Shown here in pieces: positions 9,377-18,952 of a stretch of 64,000 nucleotides of DNA. Numbering within the stretch: the stretch's first letter is position 1; each line of letters opens with the position of its first letter. Under the pieces are notes generated by a model. It was not told the DNA's origin and made no database searches. It worked only from the letters and a program-made list of their open reading frames with translations. The position numbers and the translations under genes are program-made. The stretch covers positions 62,001-126,000 of the IMG/VR virus record IMGVR_UViG_3300030419_004471; one strand, given 5' to 3'.

Positions 9377-10621
9377 TTATACTAATATACGAAATTTTTT
9401 TGATATATCCAAGGAATTTCCATATTTTTTTAAAATTTCTTTTTTACTAATAAATACATTTTTATGAAATTTCATTTTTTCATACCTCTCAAGTATAACT
9501 TCTTTATTTCCATAGACATTACCAAATACAAATTTAGCCATCTGCTCGTGCCTATTATTATCTATATGAACCAATTCAAACAATCTTTTTTGATTGTTTA
9601 AAAATCTATCCTTACATTCTAAATATACTTTGTGAATATCTAGCTTAGATAATTTTTCTATTTCGTTTACTATTAATTTTGATTTCTTTATGAGATTATT
9701 TTCGTTATCATAAGAATGGTCTATAATATCATCAAACATATCAAATCCCCAATCTCTTAAATATTGTATATAATTTGGTTGTGCAAAGAAAATTGGAAAT
9801 TGTAATCCTAAAAATGGTTTAGCCGCTTTCTCTGTAACAAATGTTGATTTATCCTTTGGTAGTGATTCGCATTGAATTTCTATATATGAATTTTTAGCAA
9901 GCTCTGGTTGTATTTTAAATCTATTTAGATTTTTACCGTTTGTATCTAATTCTGTAAATTTAGAATCAAATGTTTTACCACCATTCCAAGTAGTATATCC
10001 AATGTTTCCTATTTCTGATTTTTTTAATTCGTTAGTGAATATTTTTCTATCTGGTCTATTCTCACCAACTAAACAAGAAAATAATTTTTCCTTTTTGTCA
10101 TCAGTCCATTCTAAACCCAATATCGTCTCTCTTTGATATATAGTACTAATTGCTGCGTGGTTTGTGTGGTGTTGAAAAAATCGTAATCCTGCAAATGGAG
10201 ATAAAAACATTTCCCATCCAAATGTTTCGTATTTGTATTCTTCTATCGGTGATAATACTATTTTTCTTTTACAAGTTATGTTTAGTGATTTTAATTTTTT
10301 GTTTTTTTCTTCTAACTGGTCGGGTTCTATAAATTCTCCTGAATGAGAAAGTATTATTGTATCTACGAATATGTTTTTTATATCTAACTTGTCTAACGTA
10401 TTATATCCATCAAATATAAGATAATCATATTTTTTATTTTTATCAAATGTAGCTATTGTATCAACTTCAATCTTATTTCCATATATTGGAGTTCCATTAT
10501 AATCGTTAATGGAATCTATAAAAGAAAATGATGGAATACCGTGCTTCACTTCTTCATTTTGATATGCGTCTGCTACATTAAGTATCTTACAATCTTTTAC
10601 TTTATAAAAAGTTACTATCAT
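9377..10621 (-). CDS. Glycosyltransferase-like protein with GT10-type E..TEK motif
   Basis: ESLPKDKSTFVTEKAAKPFLGLQFPIFF...WGFDMFDDIIDHSYD. Confidence 0.55.
   Translation of the reverse strand: MIVTFYKVKDCKILNVADAYQNEEVKHGIPSFSFIDSINDYNGTPIYGNKIEVDTIATFDKNKKYDYLIFDGYNTLDKLDIKNIFVDTIILSHSGEFIEPDQLEEKNKKLKSLNITCKRKIVLSPIEEYKYETFGWEMFLSPFAGLRFFQHHTNHAAISTIYQRETILGLEWTDDKKEKLFSCLVGENRPDRKIFTNELKKSEIGNIGYTTWNGGKTFDSKFTELDTNGKNLNRFKIQPELAKNSYIEIQCESLPKDKSTFVTEKAAKPFLGLQFPIFFAQPNYIQYLRDWGFDMFDDIIDHSYDNENNLIKKSKLIVNEIEKLSKLDIHKVYLECKDRFLNNQKRLFELVHIDNNRHEQMAKFVFGNVYGNKEVILERYEKMKFHKNVFISKKEILKKYGNSLDISKKFRILV
9382..9412 (-). promoter_or_regulatory. Bacteroidota sigmaA-type promoter (copy 2)
   Basis: TTGG-N19-TATATTAG; lies inside the last codons of 9377..10621. 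Confidence 0.75.
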
Positions 10622-11436
10622 AAACCTATCTTACAAGTTTTACAAGGACCATTCTTTGGTCCGTCGTTCATATGTTGTTCTCTCCAAATTTTATATGAAT
10701 CACCTTTCCATATTTCTTTTATTGGTGTTTCAAATGCATTTCCCATACACCCTATATCGTGTTGTTGAATATCTGACCTGAGATTACAACAAATCATAAC
10801 GCTACCATTATAATCAATATACATTGAGGTAAATGGTTTCTCACACTTTTCTGTTCTTACATAATCAACTGCCAATGGTACTGTCTCTCCTCTACTACTC
10901 CCATCATATGTAAAATTTCTACCTCTAATATGAACCGTCATATCTTTATAAGATAAATCGTACTCTATCTTTCTATCTGGATAATCGTAAAGTAATTTGT
11001 AGGGTAATCCAATTTTAGTTAATTTTTTTTGTATTCTTGTCTTAACTCTATCGTGATTATACATCTCATTGTTTTTTAGATATTGTTGAATAAACAATTC
11101 ATCCAACCCCGCTTTCTCTAAATCAACAATGTAATCTTTTGTAACATAATCACCATTTGAGTTGGTTCTTAATTTTGCTTTTGGTAAATATTCTCTTGCT
11201 TGTTTTAATCTTTTTATAAAAATGTCTTTATGTGATAGAGGTTCGTTATATCTACTATATGCAATTTCTCCCTCAAAGTTCATATCTTTCAATTGCTGAA
11301 GAATGTTTAAATACTTTTCCTCAGGCATTATAAGATTTTCGGTTCTTCTATCTATAAATGAGTTTGGACAGAACCAACATTTTCTGTTACAATATGAGAA
11401 TACTTCAATCTCAATAAAAACAAAATCATTAAGCAT
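10618..11436 (-). CDS. Radical SAM/SPASM(twitch) domain protein
   Basis: CNRKCWFC; CEKPF..MYIDYNGSVMICC..GN....I.EIW...C..C. Confidence 0.9.
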   Translation of the reverse strand: MLNDFVFIEIEVFSYCNRKCWFCPNSFIDRRTENLIMPEEKYLNILQQLKDMNFEGEIAYSRYNEPLSHKDIFIKRLKQAREYLPKAKLRTNSNGDYVTKDYIVDLEKAGLDELFIQQYLKNNEMYNHDRVKTRIQKKLTKIGLPYKLLYDYPDRKIEYDLSYKDMTVHIRGRNFTYDGSSRGETVPLAVDYVRTEKCEKPFTSMYIDYNGSVMICCNLRSDIQQHDIGCMGNAFETPIKEIWKGDSYKIWREQHMNDGPKNGPCKTCKIGL

Positions 11437-12541
11437 TTGATTTTATATTAGCTATCCAATATTTCACTGCATCAGAATCATTTTGCCAAAGTTCTTTCAA
11501 ACCCCATTCAAAGTTTGAATGCATGTAATATGGTTTTCCTTGAAACTCTTCATTATTCTTTGCTGCTCTTATCAAGGGCTCTCCCATATGAAGTAGCATT
11601 TGTTTCTTTGTACGTCTTTTTTTAGATTTTTTCTTCTTAGGTGGGACTACCACTTCTGGTAGTACTACTTCCATTTCATCAGCAATCTCTTCTTCTGGCT
11701 CTTCGTTATATAACTCTCTCCTACGAATTACTTTTTGTTTATCTACAATACCCCTATCAACCATCAAAGCATTGTTAAAAGCAACTACAAGCGTTACTGC
11801 GAGTGGGTCAAATACAAATATAATAGTTAGTATTAACCAATTAATTATTTGATTCATTGGTCTATCTAACAACTCACTTAAATATTGTAGTGGACCTAAC
11901 TCTGATGATACGCCTTCCATTGATTGTAATTCTAATATTTTTAGTTGTATTGATTGTAAGGAGTCAGCTGCTACTTCTCTTTTAGCTTGTACAGCTTTTC
12001 TATTCTCTTCTTCTACTGTTATTCTTTGTTGTGATAATCTAAGTTCAGTAGTTGATATTGTATTTCTAAATCCTGTTGCTGATGCTGTATCTCTTACTTG
12101 TATTGAACTTGCCCTTGCGTTAGATAGTGTAGATATATTAGAAGATATTCTTTCGAGCTCCGTATCGTATCTTGCTACATCATCACCCCAAAACGATTCT
12201 TTTTGTTCTAAGAACGCTATTTCCTTTTCCTTTATATTAAATTGATTGTAGGTATCTTGAAATGCTGATGTTAGGAATCCATATATACCCATTGATGTAA
12301 TTAGAATTAAAATTAATACACCTCCAACTAAATAAGTTCTAAGTAATTTATTTATGTGAGTCCAATAATTATAAAGATATCCAGCCGTTATTAATTTTGC
12401 TATTTCTAAAGAACTAGCCATTATGATTACAGACAAAGATGCTCCAGCAAATAGTTTAGATAAACCACTTACCGAAAAGAACGCAGCATTGAACGCCACG
12501 AATAGTGCTGATAATCCTAATAGTAAAGTTCTAAATTTCAT
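11429..12541 (-). CDS. Membrane-anchored coiled-coil protein
   Basis: Three N-terminal TM helices, long coiled coil, fourth TM (IIFVFDPLAV), basic C-terminal tail. Confidence 0.6.
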   Translation of the reverse strand: MKFRTLLLGLSALFVAFNAAFFSVSGLSKLFAGASLSVIIMASSLEIAKLITAGYLYNYWTHINKLLRTYLVGGVLILILITSMGIYGFLTSAFQDTYNQFNIKEKEIAFLEQKESFWGDDVARYDTELERISSNISTLSNARASSIQVRDTASATGFRNTISTTELRLSQQRITVEEENRKAVQAKREVAADSLQSIQLKILELQSMEGVSSELGPLQYLSELLDRPMNQIINWLILTIIFVFDPLAVTLVVAFNNALMVDRGIVDKQKVIRRRELYNEEPEEEIADEMEVVLPEVVVPPKKKKSKKRRTKKQMLLHMGEPLIRAAKNNEEFQGKPYYMHSNFEWGLKELWQNDSDAVKYWIANIKSNA

Positions 12542-12720
12542 TACGAAATATCGACTAACTCTCTAACGTCTGAATTTAGTTGTTTTATTTCTTGTACTAA
12601 CCTAAGTGCGGTGTTCGGGTCTACTTTTTGAGCGCCGGTTACGCCTTTCTCTAATAACGTAACTCTACTTTCAATTCCATTAATTAAATTGTATGCTCTT
12701 TGTTTATAAACGTCTTTCAT
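12541..12720 (-). CDS. Small hypothetical protein (59 aa, below cutoff)
   Basis: MKDVYKQRAYNLINGIESRVTLLEKGVTGAQKVDPNTALRLVQEIKQLNSDVRELVDIS; TAATG coupling to next gene. Confidence 0.65.
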   Translation of the reverse strand: MKDVYKQRAYNLINGIESRVTLLEKGVTGAQKVDPNTALRLVQEIKQLNSDVRELVDIS

Positions 12721-12760
12721 ATTGATATGTTTTTTATACTATTATAAATATTAAATATAT

Positions 12761-12784
12761 AAAAAAAGGGGAAATAACTTCCCC
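12761..12784 (-). terminator. Rho-independent terminator after hsp20
   Basis: GGGGAA-GTTAT-TTCCCC followed by T7. Confidence 0.8.
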
Positions 12785-12810
12785 CTTCTTTGATTAATTC
12801 GAAATTTTAA

Positions 12811-13185
12811 TTAATAAGATATTTTCAGAGTTTTAGATTTCTTGTCTATCTTCTTATCAATCAGGAGAGTGAGTAGTCCGTTTTCGAATTTTGCTGTTGA
12901 TTTCGTACCATCATAGTCTTTTCCAACTGTTAATGTTAAATCAATATCTGTAACAAATCTAGAAGTATCTTCTTCTGCTTTAGATTTAATTGTGATTTCT
13001 TCTTCAGTAACATTAACTGTTATGTTTTTGGGATTATGTCCCGTTGTGTTTACTGTAACTTTTTGTTTTCCATCATCTAATACACTTACATCAAATGGTG
13101 TAAATGATTTTGTTTTAGTGATAGGTGTTTGAAAAAATGAGTCATTAAATACGTCATCAATAAAGTGGTTAAATAATAGTGCCAT
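12811..13185 (-). CDS. Hsp20/alpha-crystallin small heat shock protein
   Basis: C-terminal AKFENGLLTLLIDK and I.I (KISY) motif; typical length. Confidence 0.85.
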   Translation of the reverse strand: MALLFNHFIDDVFNDSFFQTPITKTKSFTPFDVSVLDDGKQKVTVNTTGHNPKNITVNVTEEEITIKSKAEEDTSRFVTDIDLTLTVGKDYDGTKSTAKFENGLLTLLIDKKIDKKSKTLKISY

Positions 13186-13223
13186 AATTTTTATATTTTT
13201 TAATTAAACTTCACTATTATATA

Positions 13224-13297
13224 AACCATTTCCGTACCAAAGTACTTTTACTGACATTTTGTCAGGTTTTATTAAAAACCTCCTGACATTTTGTCAT
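13224..13297 (-). promoter_or_regulatory. Two TGACA-N3-TGTCA palindromes plus a sigma54-like -24 box upstream of hsp20
   Basis: CTGACATTTTGTCAG 13251-13265, CTGACATTTTGTCAT 13283-13297, TTGGTACGG 13232-13240 on minus strand. Confidence 0.55.
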
Positions 13298-13964
13298 ACA
13301 TTCCATTTTTAACTCTATATTCTGAGTTTTCTTGTCTGGTACTCATATTATCTGCCCAGTGAAGAATGTAAGGTAAATCGGTTTTAAGTTGGAAATCTTC
13401 ATTATAAGATATCCAATATTTTTTAGTTGCTTCATTGTATAATCCATCAGCCATCATAATACCCAATTGTTCTTTCTGAGTATATGTTATTCCATATTTG
13501 TTAAGTAACCAAAATGCTCTATCAGTTACATCAAAGTATTGTAACTTTGGATTGTGTACAAAATATTCTTTTTTGTTTTTTTGATGCCACTCTGAATCTT
13601 GTGGTATATAGTATGGTTCTGTACCATCTCCAAGTTTACCTAAATCGTGATGGAATGCAGCAAAGAATAGTTCTTCATCCGTAAAGTTTACATATCCTCC
13701 ACCTTCTTCAAATATTTTTTTTATTTTATGTGCATTTCTTGCTACATTCATTACGTGGTCTATATAACCTCCTTCATAACAATTATGAAAATTAAGTTTA
13801 CCACTTGCTGGTGCCAATGTTAACTCTGTTCCTAATTCTTTCTCAGAGTACATATGTTTTAGTTTTTTTAGTCTATCACCACTAAAAACTTTCTCTAATG
13901 CTGAGATAAATTTATTGTAGTTTTCTTGTAATTGTTCTGCTGTGTAGTTTTTTATTTTATGCAT
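13272..13964 (-). CDS. HD-domain phosphohydrolase
   Basis: GGYIDHVMNV, AAFHHDLGKLG, HWAD. Confidence 0.85.
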   Translation of the reverse strand: MHKIKNYTAEQLQENYNKFISALEKVFSGDRLKKLKHMYSEKELGTELTLAPASGKLNFHNCYEGGYIDHVMNVARNAHKIKKIFEEGGGYVNFTDEELFFAAFHHDLGKLGDGTEPYYIPQDSEWHQKNKKEYFVHNPKLQYFDVTDRAFWLLNKYGITYTQKEQLGIMMADGLYNEATKKYWISYNEDFQLKTDLPYILHWADNMSTRQENSEYRVKNGMYDKMSGGF

Positions 13965-14268
13965 ATATTGATTTTTTAGTTAAGATTTTATATAGTATTT
14001 CTATTTCTTCTTCTGTTGTACATTGTCCTAGTCCTCCACAGTCTAATAGTTGTACAACATAACAACCCTTTTCTATACCTCGTATTTTATCTTTATTGCT
14101 TGTAGATATAAGAGATAGTCCGTATGGGTCTTTACTTTCTTTTGGAAGTGGTAAAACATATTGATATATTTCTTCCATTTCATTATCATCATGCTCCTTT
14201 CTCCATCCTTGTTTTTTGAATGTTTCTTCTGTAATAGGAGTTTGGGGAATATTAATTGGTTCTCTCAT
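13957..14268 (-). CDS. Hypothetical protein
   Basis: ORF overlapping its neighbours. Confidence 0.6.
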   Translation of the reverse strand: MREPINIPQTPITEETFKKQGWRKEHDDNEMEEIYQYVLPLPKESKDPYGLSLISTSNKDKIRGIEKGCYVVQLLDCGGLGQCTTEEEIEILYKILTKKSIYA

Positions 14269-14690
14269 TCTAATATTATTTTAATTGTATCTGTTACTAA
14301 ATGTTCTCTTATAGTTCCAGTTAGAATAAGAGTATCACCCACCATTGTTTTTATAGGTGCTATTACATTCATTACCTTACCATTGACAACATATGATGAT
14401 TGATTAGATGTACTAACCTCAAACTCATCTTGTAGATACCAAGTTAGATTACTTTCCCAATCTACTTTCATTGGTTCATCCCAATAAAGTGTATTACCAA
14501 CTGTACCACTTATGGTGTGTATTGTTTGATGCGAACTATCGCTGAGTTCTAATAGATAGTATCCATTACTATCCATAGGTAACCTACCATCCAATTCTAA
14601 TGTTGGTTCTTGTATTAACATTATATCCTCATCCGCTGAACAAGAAAATAATGCTAATGTTATAATAAGTAGTCTAATACCTTTTCCCAT
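14265..14690 (-). CDS. Putative lipoprotein
   Basis: Signal peptide with lipobox LALFS-C followed by acidic residues. Confidence 0.65.
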   Translation of the reverse strand: MGKGIRLLIITLALFSCSADEDIMLIQEPTLELDGRLPMDSNGYYLLELSDSSHQTIHTISGTVGNTLYWDEPMKVDWESNLTWYLQDEFEVSTSNQSSYVVNGKVMNVIAPIKTMVGDTLILTGTIREHLVTDTIKIILE

Positions 14691-15136
14691 TTATAAAATT
14701 TGTTCCATTTGTTTTCCATATAGTTCCATCCAAAATCTAAAACTTCTCCTTTGAATTTGTCAGCTCCATTCATAGTAGGTCTATCATCTATTAAATAATC
14801 ACCCATTAATAAATCCTTTCTATGTGTTATAAACATTTTTTTATAAAACATTTCACCGAAATACTTTTCTATCCAATATCTTTTATCTACAGCCGATTGT
14901 GGATTACTCCAAGGTGCTGATGTAGCTATAAACATATCATATTTGTCTGAATCATATAATTTGTGTACTGCTGAAATTGAATCTTCTAATGGTGGTGCAT
15001 CTCTAAATACTCCGTGTATGTGGTCTGGAGTATCTACATATTTTTTGTTCTGTGGTAATCCTAATAACAATTTCATTTGTGCATCTAAGTCTACCAACAC
15101 ACCATCCATATCGATATATAATATTTTTTTATTCAT
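14660..15136 (-). CDS. 5'(3')-deoxyribonucleotidase (HAD, NT5C-like)
   Basis: YIDMDGVLVD, ATSAPW, DYLIDDRP. Confidence 0.9.
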   Translation of the reverse strand: MNKKILYIDMDGVLVDLDAQMKLLLGLPQNKKYVDTPDHIHGVFRDAPPLEDSISAVHKLYDSDKYDMFIATSAPWSNPQSAVDKRYWIEKYFGEMFYKKMFITHRKDLLMGDYLIDDRPTMNGADKFKGEVLDFGWNYMENKWNKFYKWEKVLDYLL

Positions 15137-15143
15137 AGTTTAG

Positions 15144-15215
15144 TAGCCCGACGGAGAATCGAACTCCGGTTACAAGGATGAAAACCTTGCGTCCTAACCA
15201 CTAGACGACCGGGCC
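15144..15215 (-). tRNA. trnE: tRNA-Glu(TTC)
   Basis: Cloverleaf; CAAGG-TTTTCAT-CCTTG anticodon arm; GTTCGATTC T-loop; CCA not encoded. Confidence 0.93.
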
Positions 15216-15225
15216 TGCTTGTTAT

Positions 15226-15336
15226 TTATTTTATTTCTTCGAATTCACAATTTTCTTTGCAATCTCCGCATCTTTCATATTCTACCATTCCCATCCAAGG
15301 TCCGGCTCCACAACAATTTGATACTAATTCATTCAT
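15226..15336 (-). CDS. Cys-rich mini-protein (36 aa, putative Zn ribbon)
   Basis: MNELVSNCCGAGPWMGMVEYERCGDCKENCEFEEIK. Confidence 0.6.
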   Translation of the reverse strand: MNELVSNCCGAGPWMGMVEYERCGDCKENCEFEEIK

Positions 15337-15340
15337 ATTT

Positions 15341-15523
15341 TTATTTATTTTTTTCTTCTTTCATATGATGCCTGAATCCAAGTACTGGCACATGTCCTGT
15401 TATTTCTATTTCTCTTTTTCTAATAAACTGCTTAGACACTTTAAGAGTTTCTAAATCAGTTTCATTCATTACCCAATCTTTAAAAAGGTAAGTTAGTAAT
15501 TTAGATTTAATTGCCTTTATCAT
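15341..15523 (-). CDS. Hypothetical protein
   Basis: ORF in packed run. Confidence 0.55.
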   Translation of the reverse strand: MIKAIKSKLLTYLFKDWVMNETDLETLKVSKQFIRKREIEITGHVPVLGFRHHMKEEKNK

Positions 15524-15714
15524 ATTTTTAGTATTTGTGATTTATCTATCAATGTGTTTACCCAACCCAATCCGAATGTATCGTGCCAAACTTTAAGTTG
15601 AACACAACCATTTAAGTCTTTATCGAAATCACATTGGTAGTTTGTATCGGTGATAATACCTTCTTCGATATTACCCCATTTATCTTCAAATTTTACTTTA
15701 TCGTTTATTTTCAT
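15520..15714 (-). CDS. Hypothetical protein
   Basis: ORF in packed run. Confidence 0.55.
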   Translation of the reverse strand: MKINDKVKFEDKWGNIEEGIITDTNYQCDFDKDLNGCVQLKVWHDTFGLGWVNTLIDKSQILKI

Positions 15715-15715
15715 A

Positions 15716-16273
15716 TTATAGTGATTTAAGGTTTAATTCAACTTTACTATATTCTTTATCAGTCATATAAGTTTTATTCTTTGATAAAAAATCATCTATT
15801 GATAATTTTTCTCCTGAATACCAAAATTGGTTTAACCAATATTCATAAGAACCCCATTTTGGTTTATTATTAACAAAAACATAAGAAGGGAAATACTTCA
15901 TTGGAGTACCATTATCAGTAGTAGGAGAATCTTCTCTCATTTCGTACATATCAATCATACCATTAAAAGTACCATTTTTAAGTTTATTAGAGAAAGCATC
16001 AATGTCTGATTCAATCCATTTATCTACTTTAGGACTGTTGGGTTTAGAAATATTTATATCAACAGAAGAACCACCACTATAAACACTAGAAGTAGCCCAT
16101 ACTTTAAGGGTTGGATAGTGTTTCTTAATATATTGTTTGATTACTGAAGCCGTTGATTTAGCGTTCATATGGATATATTTCTCTTTAGTATCACTATAAG
16201 TGTCTACTTGAACTTGAGAAATAGGAAGTTGGAACTCTGTTCCATCTATTGAAAATTTAAATTTTTTACTCAT
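15716..16273 (-). CDS. Hypothetical protein, LPD29-like
   Basis: VIKQYIKKHYPTLKVWATSSVYSGGSSVDI...FNGMIDMYE resembles large-polyvalent-protein domain 29. Confidence 0.45.
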   Translation of the reverse strand: MSKKFKFSIDGTEFQLPISQVQVDTYSDTKEKYIHMNAKSTASVIKQYIKKHYPTLKVWATSSVYSGGSSVDINISKPNSPKVDKWIESDIDAFSNKLKNGTFNGMIDMYEMREDSPTTDNGTPMKYFPSYVFVNNKPKWGSYEYWLNQFWYSGEKLSIDDFLSKNKTYMTDKEYSKVELNLKSL

Positions 16274-16307
16274 AGTTTTAAGGTTTAATTATTAATCATT
16301 TACATAG

Positions 16308-16338
16308 TAAATATACGAAATTTTCCTGAGAAATCCAA
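16308..16338 (-). promoter_or_regulatory. Bacteroidota sigmaA-type promoter (copy 3)
   Basis: TTGG-N19-TATATTTA. Confidence 0.8.
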
Positions 16339-16361
16339 GGAAAAAGTGAATTATTTTTAAA

Positions 16362-16547
16362 TTATTTTTGTAGTAAAAAGTCTCTGAAATCTATTAAAAG
16401 CCCTTTCTTCATATCATTAGATAATCCATTAGTTTTAATATCATCTAATTGTGTTTGGAGGTTTTTAATTTTTCTATCTCTACTCATTAGATACTTCACT
16501 AAAGTATCTTTATGAATTGCTTGGTATGTTGATTTTGAATATCCCAT
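16362..16547 (-). CDS. Hypothetical protein
   Basis: ORF between two promoter copies. Confidence 0.55.
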   Translation of the reverse strand: MGYSKSTYQAIHKDTLVKYLMSRDRKIKNLQTQLDDIKTNGLSNDMKKGLLIDFRDFLLQK

Positions 16548-16548
16548 A

Positions 16549-16743
16549 TTATGTTAACATCATTAATTGTTTATCTATCTTGTTTAAATCACCTATAGCA
16601 TCTTGAAGAGAAAACCTAACATCATCAGACATTGGGAAATCCTTCCTCATCTTTCTAAGGGTATTTATCTTATCTACAGCAACAGGTCTTTGTTTTTGTA
16701 GTTTTCTTATTTTATCGTTTTTTATTTTAAGAAAGGTCATCAT
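16549..16743 (-). CDS. Hypothetical protein
   Basis: ORF directly after promoter copy 4. Confidence 0.55.
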   Translation of the reverse strand: MMTFLKIKNDKIRKLQKQRPVAVDKINTLRKMRKDFPMSDDVRFSLQDAIGDLNKIDKQLMMLT

Positions 16744-16762
16744 ATCTTACTTATTTACAAGG

Positions 16763-16793
16763 TAAATATACGAAAAATATTTGACATATACAA
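16763..16793 (-). promoter_or_regulatory. Bacteroidota sigmaA-type promoter (copy 4)
   Basis: TTGT-N19-TATATTTA. Confidence 0.75.
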
Positions 16794-16805
16794 GGAAAAA
16801 GTGAA

Positions 16806-17507
16806 TTATTTTTTCAAATTATTAACAATATAATCACATAATTTTTGATTTGCTTCTGTACTTTTGTGATTATCATTGATTTGTGGAAGTACCTCTTCTA
16901 TGGTTGGGTTATGCCAAACACCAGTCCACGGAAATAATTTTGGTGAGTTTGGTATTTTAAAGTCAGGTTTAGGTAAAAACATTCCAAATATATTTGGTTT
17001 ACCCAATTTAGTTAATGTATCTGCTATTGTACAGAAGTATTGAATAATAAAATAATTTGTGTTTTCTCCAAACTTATTTGTATAATCTAACAAAAGCATT
17101 TCATCTTCTGTACTTCCAATCGCACCCTTTCCGGCTGTTACAACTCCGCATTTGGTTTCAGATTGAGCCGATGGAAGAGCGCCCCTAACTGATATTGATT
17201 TCCAGTTTACCCAGTTACCATCTTCCATATGTAAAATTAGGTTTGTAAAAAATCCAAACTGATATATAACCAAAGGGTTTTTTAACGAAAGTATGTATGG
17301 GATTTTATCTATTAGAGTTTGTAAAGTAAAAACCATTGGCATTCCAGGTTCTCCAAAAGTTTCCCACTTACAATTATAGTGTTCACCCAATAGTTGAGGG
17401 TATGATTTAAACTCATAGTTAGCTTTTTCAAATTCAGACTGGTAAGGTCGAAGTTGTTCGATTTCATTGGTATATGAATCACCTATACAAATAACATTTG
17501 AATACAT
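16806..17507 (-). CDS. SGNH/GDSL-like protein (paralog 1)
   Basis: ICIGDSYT at N-terminus; NDNHKS near C-terminus. Confidence 0.6.
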   Translation of the reverse strand: MYSNVICIGDSYTNEIEQLRPYQSEFEKANYEFKSYPQLLGEHYNCKWETFGEPGMPMVFTLQTLIDKIPYILSLKNPLVIYQFGFFTNLILHMEDGNWVNWKSISVRGALPSAQSETKCGVVTAGKGAIGSTEDEMLLLDYTNKFGENTNYFIIQYFCTIADTLTKLGKPNIFGMFLPKPDFKIPNSPKLFPWTGVWHNPTIEEVLPQINDNHKSTEANQKLCDYIVNNLKK

Positions 17508-17508
17508 A

Positions 17509-18225
17509 TTAGATTATTGGTTTTTTACCTGGTTGCTTTAACTTATATTTTGGATGTAGATAGTCATTTAATTCAAATGGGTCTAAATCCAAATCCCATT
17601 TATTTATTATTTCAAAGGACTCGATTCTATCCTCACCATATAAATCCTCATAATATGTTATTGGAATATTTAGCTCTTCTGATAATAAATTTATTTGTTT
17701 CTTTTCTTTTTCAAATACATCTTTGGCATTTTGTCCTGTTTTCTTTTTAAAGTTTTGTAGTGTTTTATTAATTACCTCTTTTGTTAAATCTCCCTCATAC
17801 CATTTTTTTTGTGAAGTATCTATTAACTCTTCGTTATCATTAATTCTAACTTTTAATCGATTATCACTAGTAATATGCTTTATGAGATTCAGATAGCTTG
17901 TAAAATGTTCAGTATCATTTTTTCTGTCTAACAATATTACTCTATCGAATTGTTTAATAAATGTTTTTTGAAATTCTATAAAAAAATCAATTCCATTTGG
18001 GTCTCCATCAAATTGCCACTCATCTTGGTGAGGAACCTGAGATGTGAGAGATTTTACACAAACGTTTTGTTCTGTTTCTAACTCTGGTATTGGATATGGT
18101 ATTTTATCTTTTATACGAAGAGCATAGTTAAAAGGTTCACCAATTTTAATATATCCTTGCTTAGATATTCCTCTTAATAAAGAAGATGTTCCGCTTCTTG
18201 CTACTCCTATAATCTGAATCTTCAT
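17509..18225 (-). CDS. Sulfotransferase-like P-loop protein
   Basis: IIGVARSGTSSL 5'-PSB motif, GEPF, ILLDRKN, ITYYEDL. Confidence 0.7.
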   Translation of the reverse strand: MKIQIIGVARSGTSSLLRGISKQGYIKIGEPFNYALRIKDKIPYPIPELETEQNVCVKSLTSQVPHQDEWQFDGDPNGIDFFIEFQKTFIKQFDRVILLDRKNDTEHFTSYLNLIKHITSDNRLKVRINDNEELIDTSQKKWYEGDLTKEVINKTLQNFKKKTGQNAKDVFEKEKKQINLLSEELNIPITYYEDLYGEDRIESFEIINKWDLDLDPFELNDYLHPKYKLKQPGKKPII

Positions 18226-18803
18226 TAGTATTCTCTATTATATACTTTTATAAATTCATATTGTTCGTCTGGATTCTCTTGTAGTTTTTGTACTATCTTT
18301 ATTGGTGCTACATTCCACCCATCCATATAACCAAATCCCCATTCCCATCTTGTGAATAGATAACTTAGTAGTTGTAAATAAAGTTGGAATCCGCTTGTTG
18401 GTGGGAGCTCTTGGCTTTTTGTTATATATGTACCACCCATATAGTATGCATCATCATTAGGTAAATCATGCACTTTGTTTATCCAATCATAGGTGAATAC
18501 ATCAGAAAACCAACCCCATCCAATTGGAGTTTCCCAGTTTTTGTGAAAGAATAGAAACACTCCAGATATTGTACTTAATCTTTTTCTTACTACCTCTAAT
18601 GTTGGTTTATCTTCCCAATCTGGTAGTTCTCTTTCTATGGAATCGCATATAAATTTTATATCATCTATATCATCCCAATTTTCAATATCATCGGTGTTTT
18701 TTCTATCAACTACTTTATAATAGAAGTCATTATCTATTTTGTAGTTTTTCGGATTGTATGTATCTCGATGTTGTCTTACTTGATAGTAATTATCAGTATT
18801 CAT
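18225..18803 (-). CDS. Hypothetical protein, possibly GNAT-like
   Basis: PIGWGWF strand; resembles 29491..29973 (PIGLRWF). Confidence 0.4.
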   Translation of the reverse strand: MNTDNYYQVRQHRDTYNPKNYKIDNDFYYKVVDRKNTDDIENWDDIDDIKFICDSIERELPDWEDKPTLEVVRKRLSTISGVFLFFHKNWETPIGWGWFSDVFTYDWINKVHDLPNDDAYYMGGTYITKSQELPPTSGFQLYLQLLSYLFTRWEWGFGYMDGWNVAPIKIVQKLQENPDEQYEFIKVYNREY

Positions 18804-18952
18804 TTGGTATGAATATTATAAGTGCTTTGCTTTAAAGTATGTGAAGAACTTTCCAATGATATCTGTTGTTTGTGTTTGTTCTGCCGAACTTATACTATTG
18901 GTTGTTCTAACAACACTTCGTTTTACTTTTTTATATATTACTGGCTTTTCCA

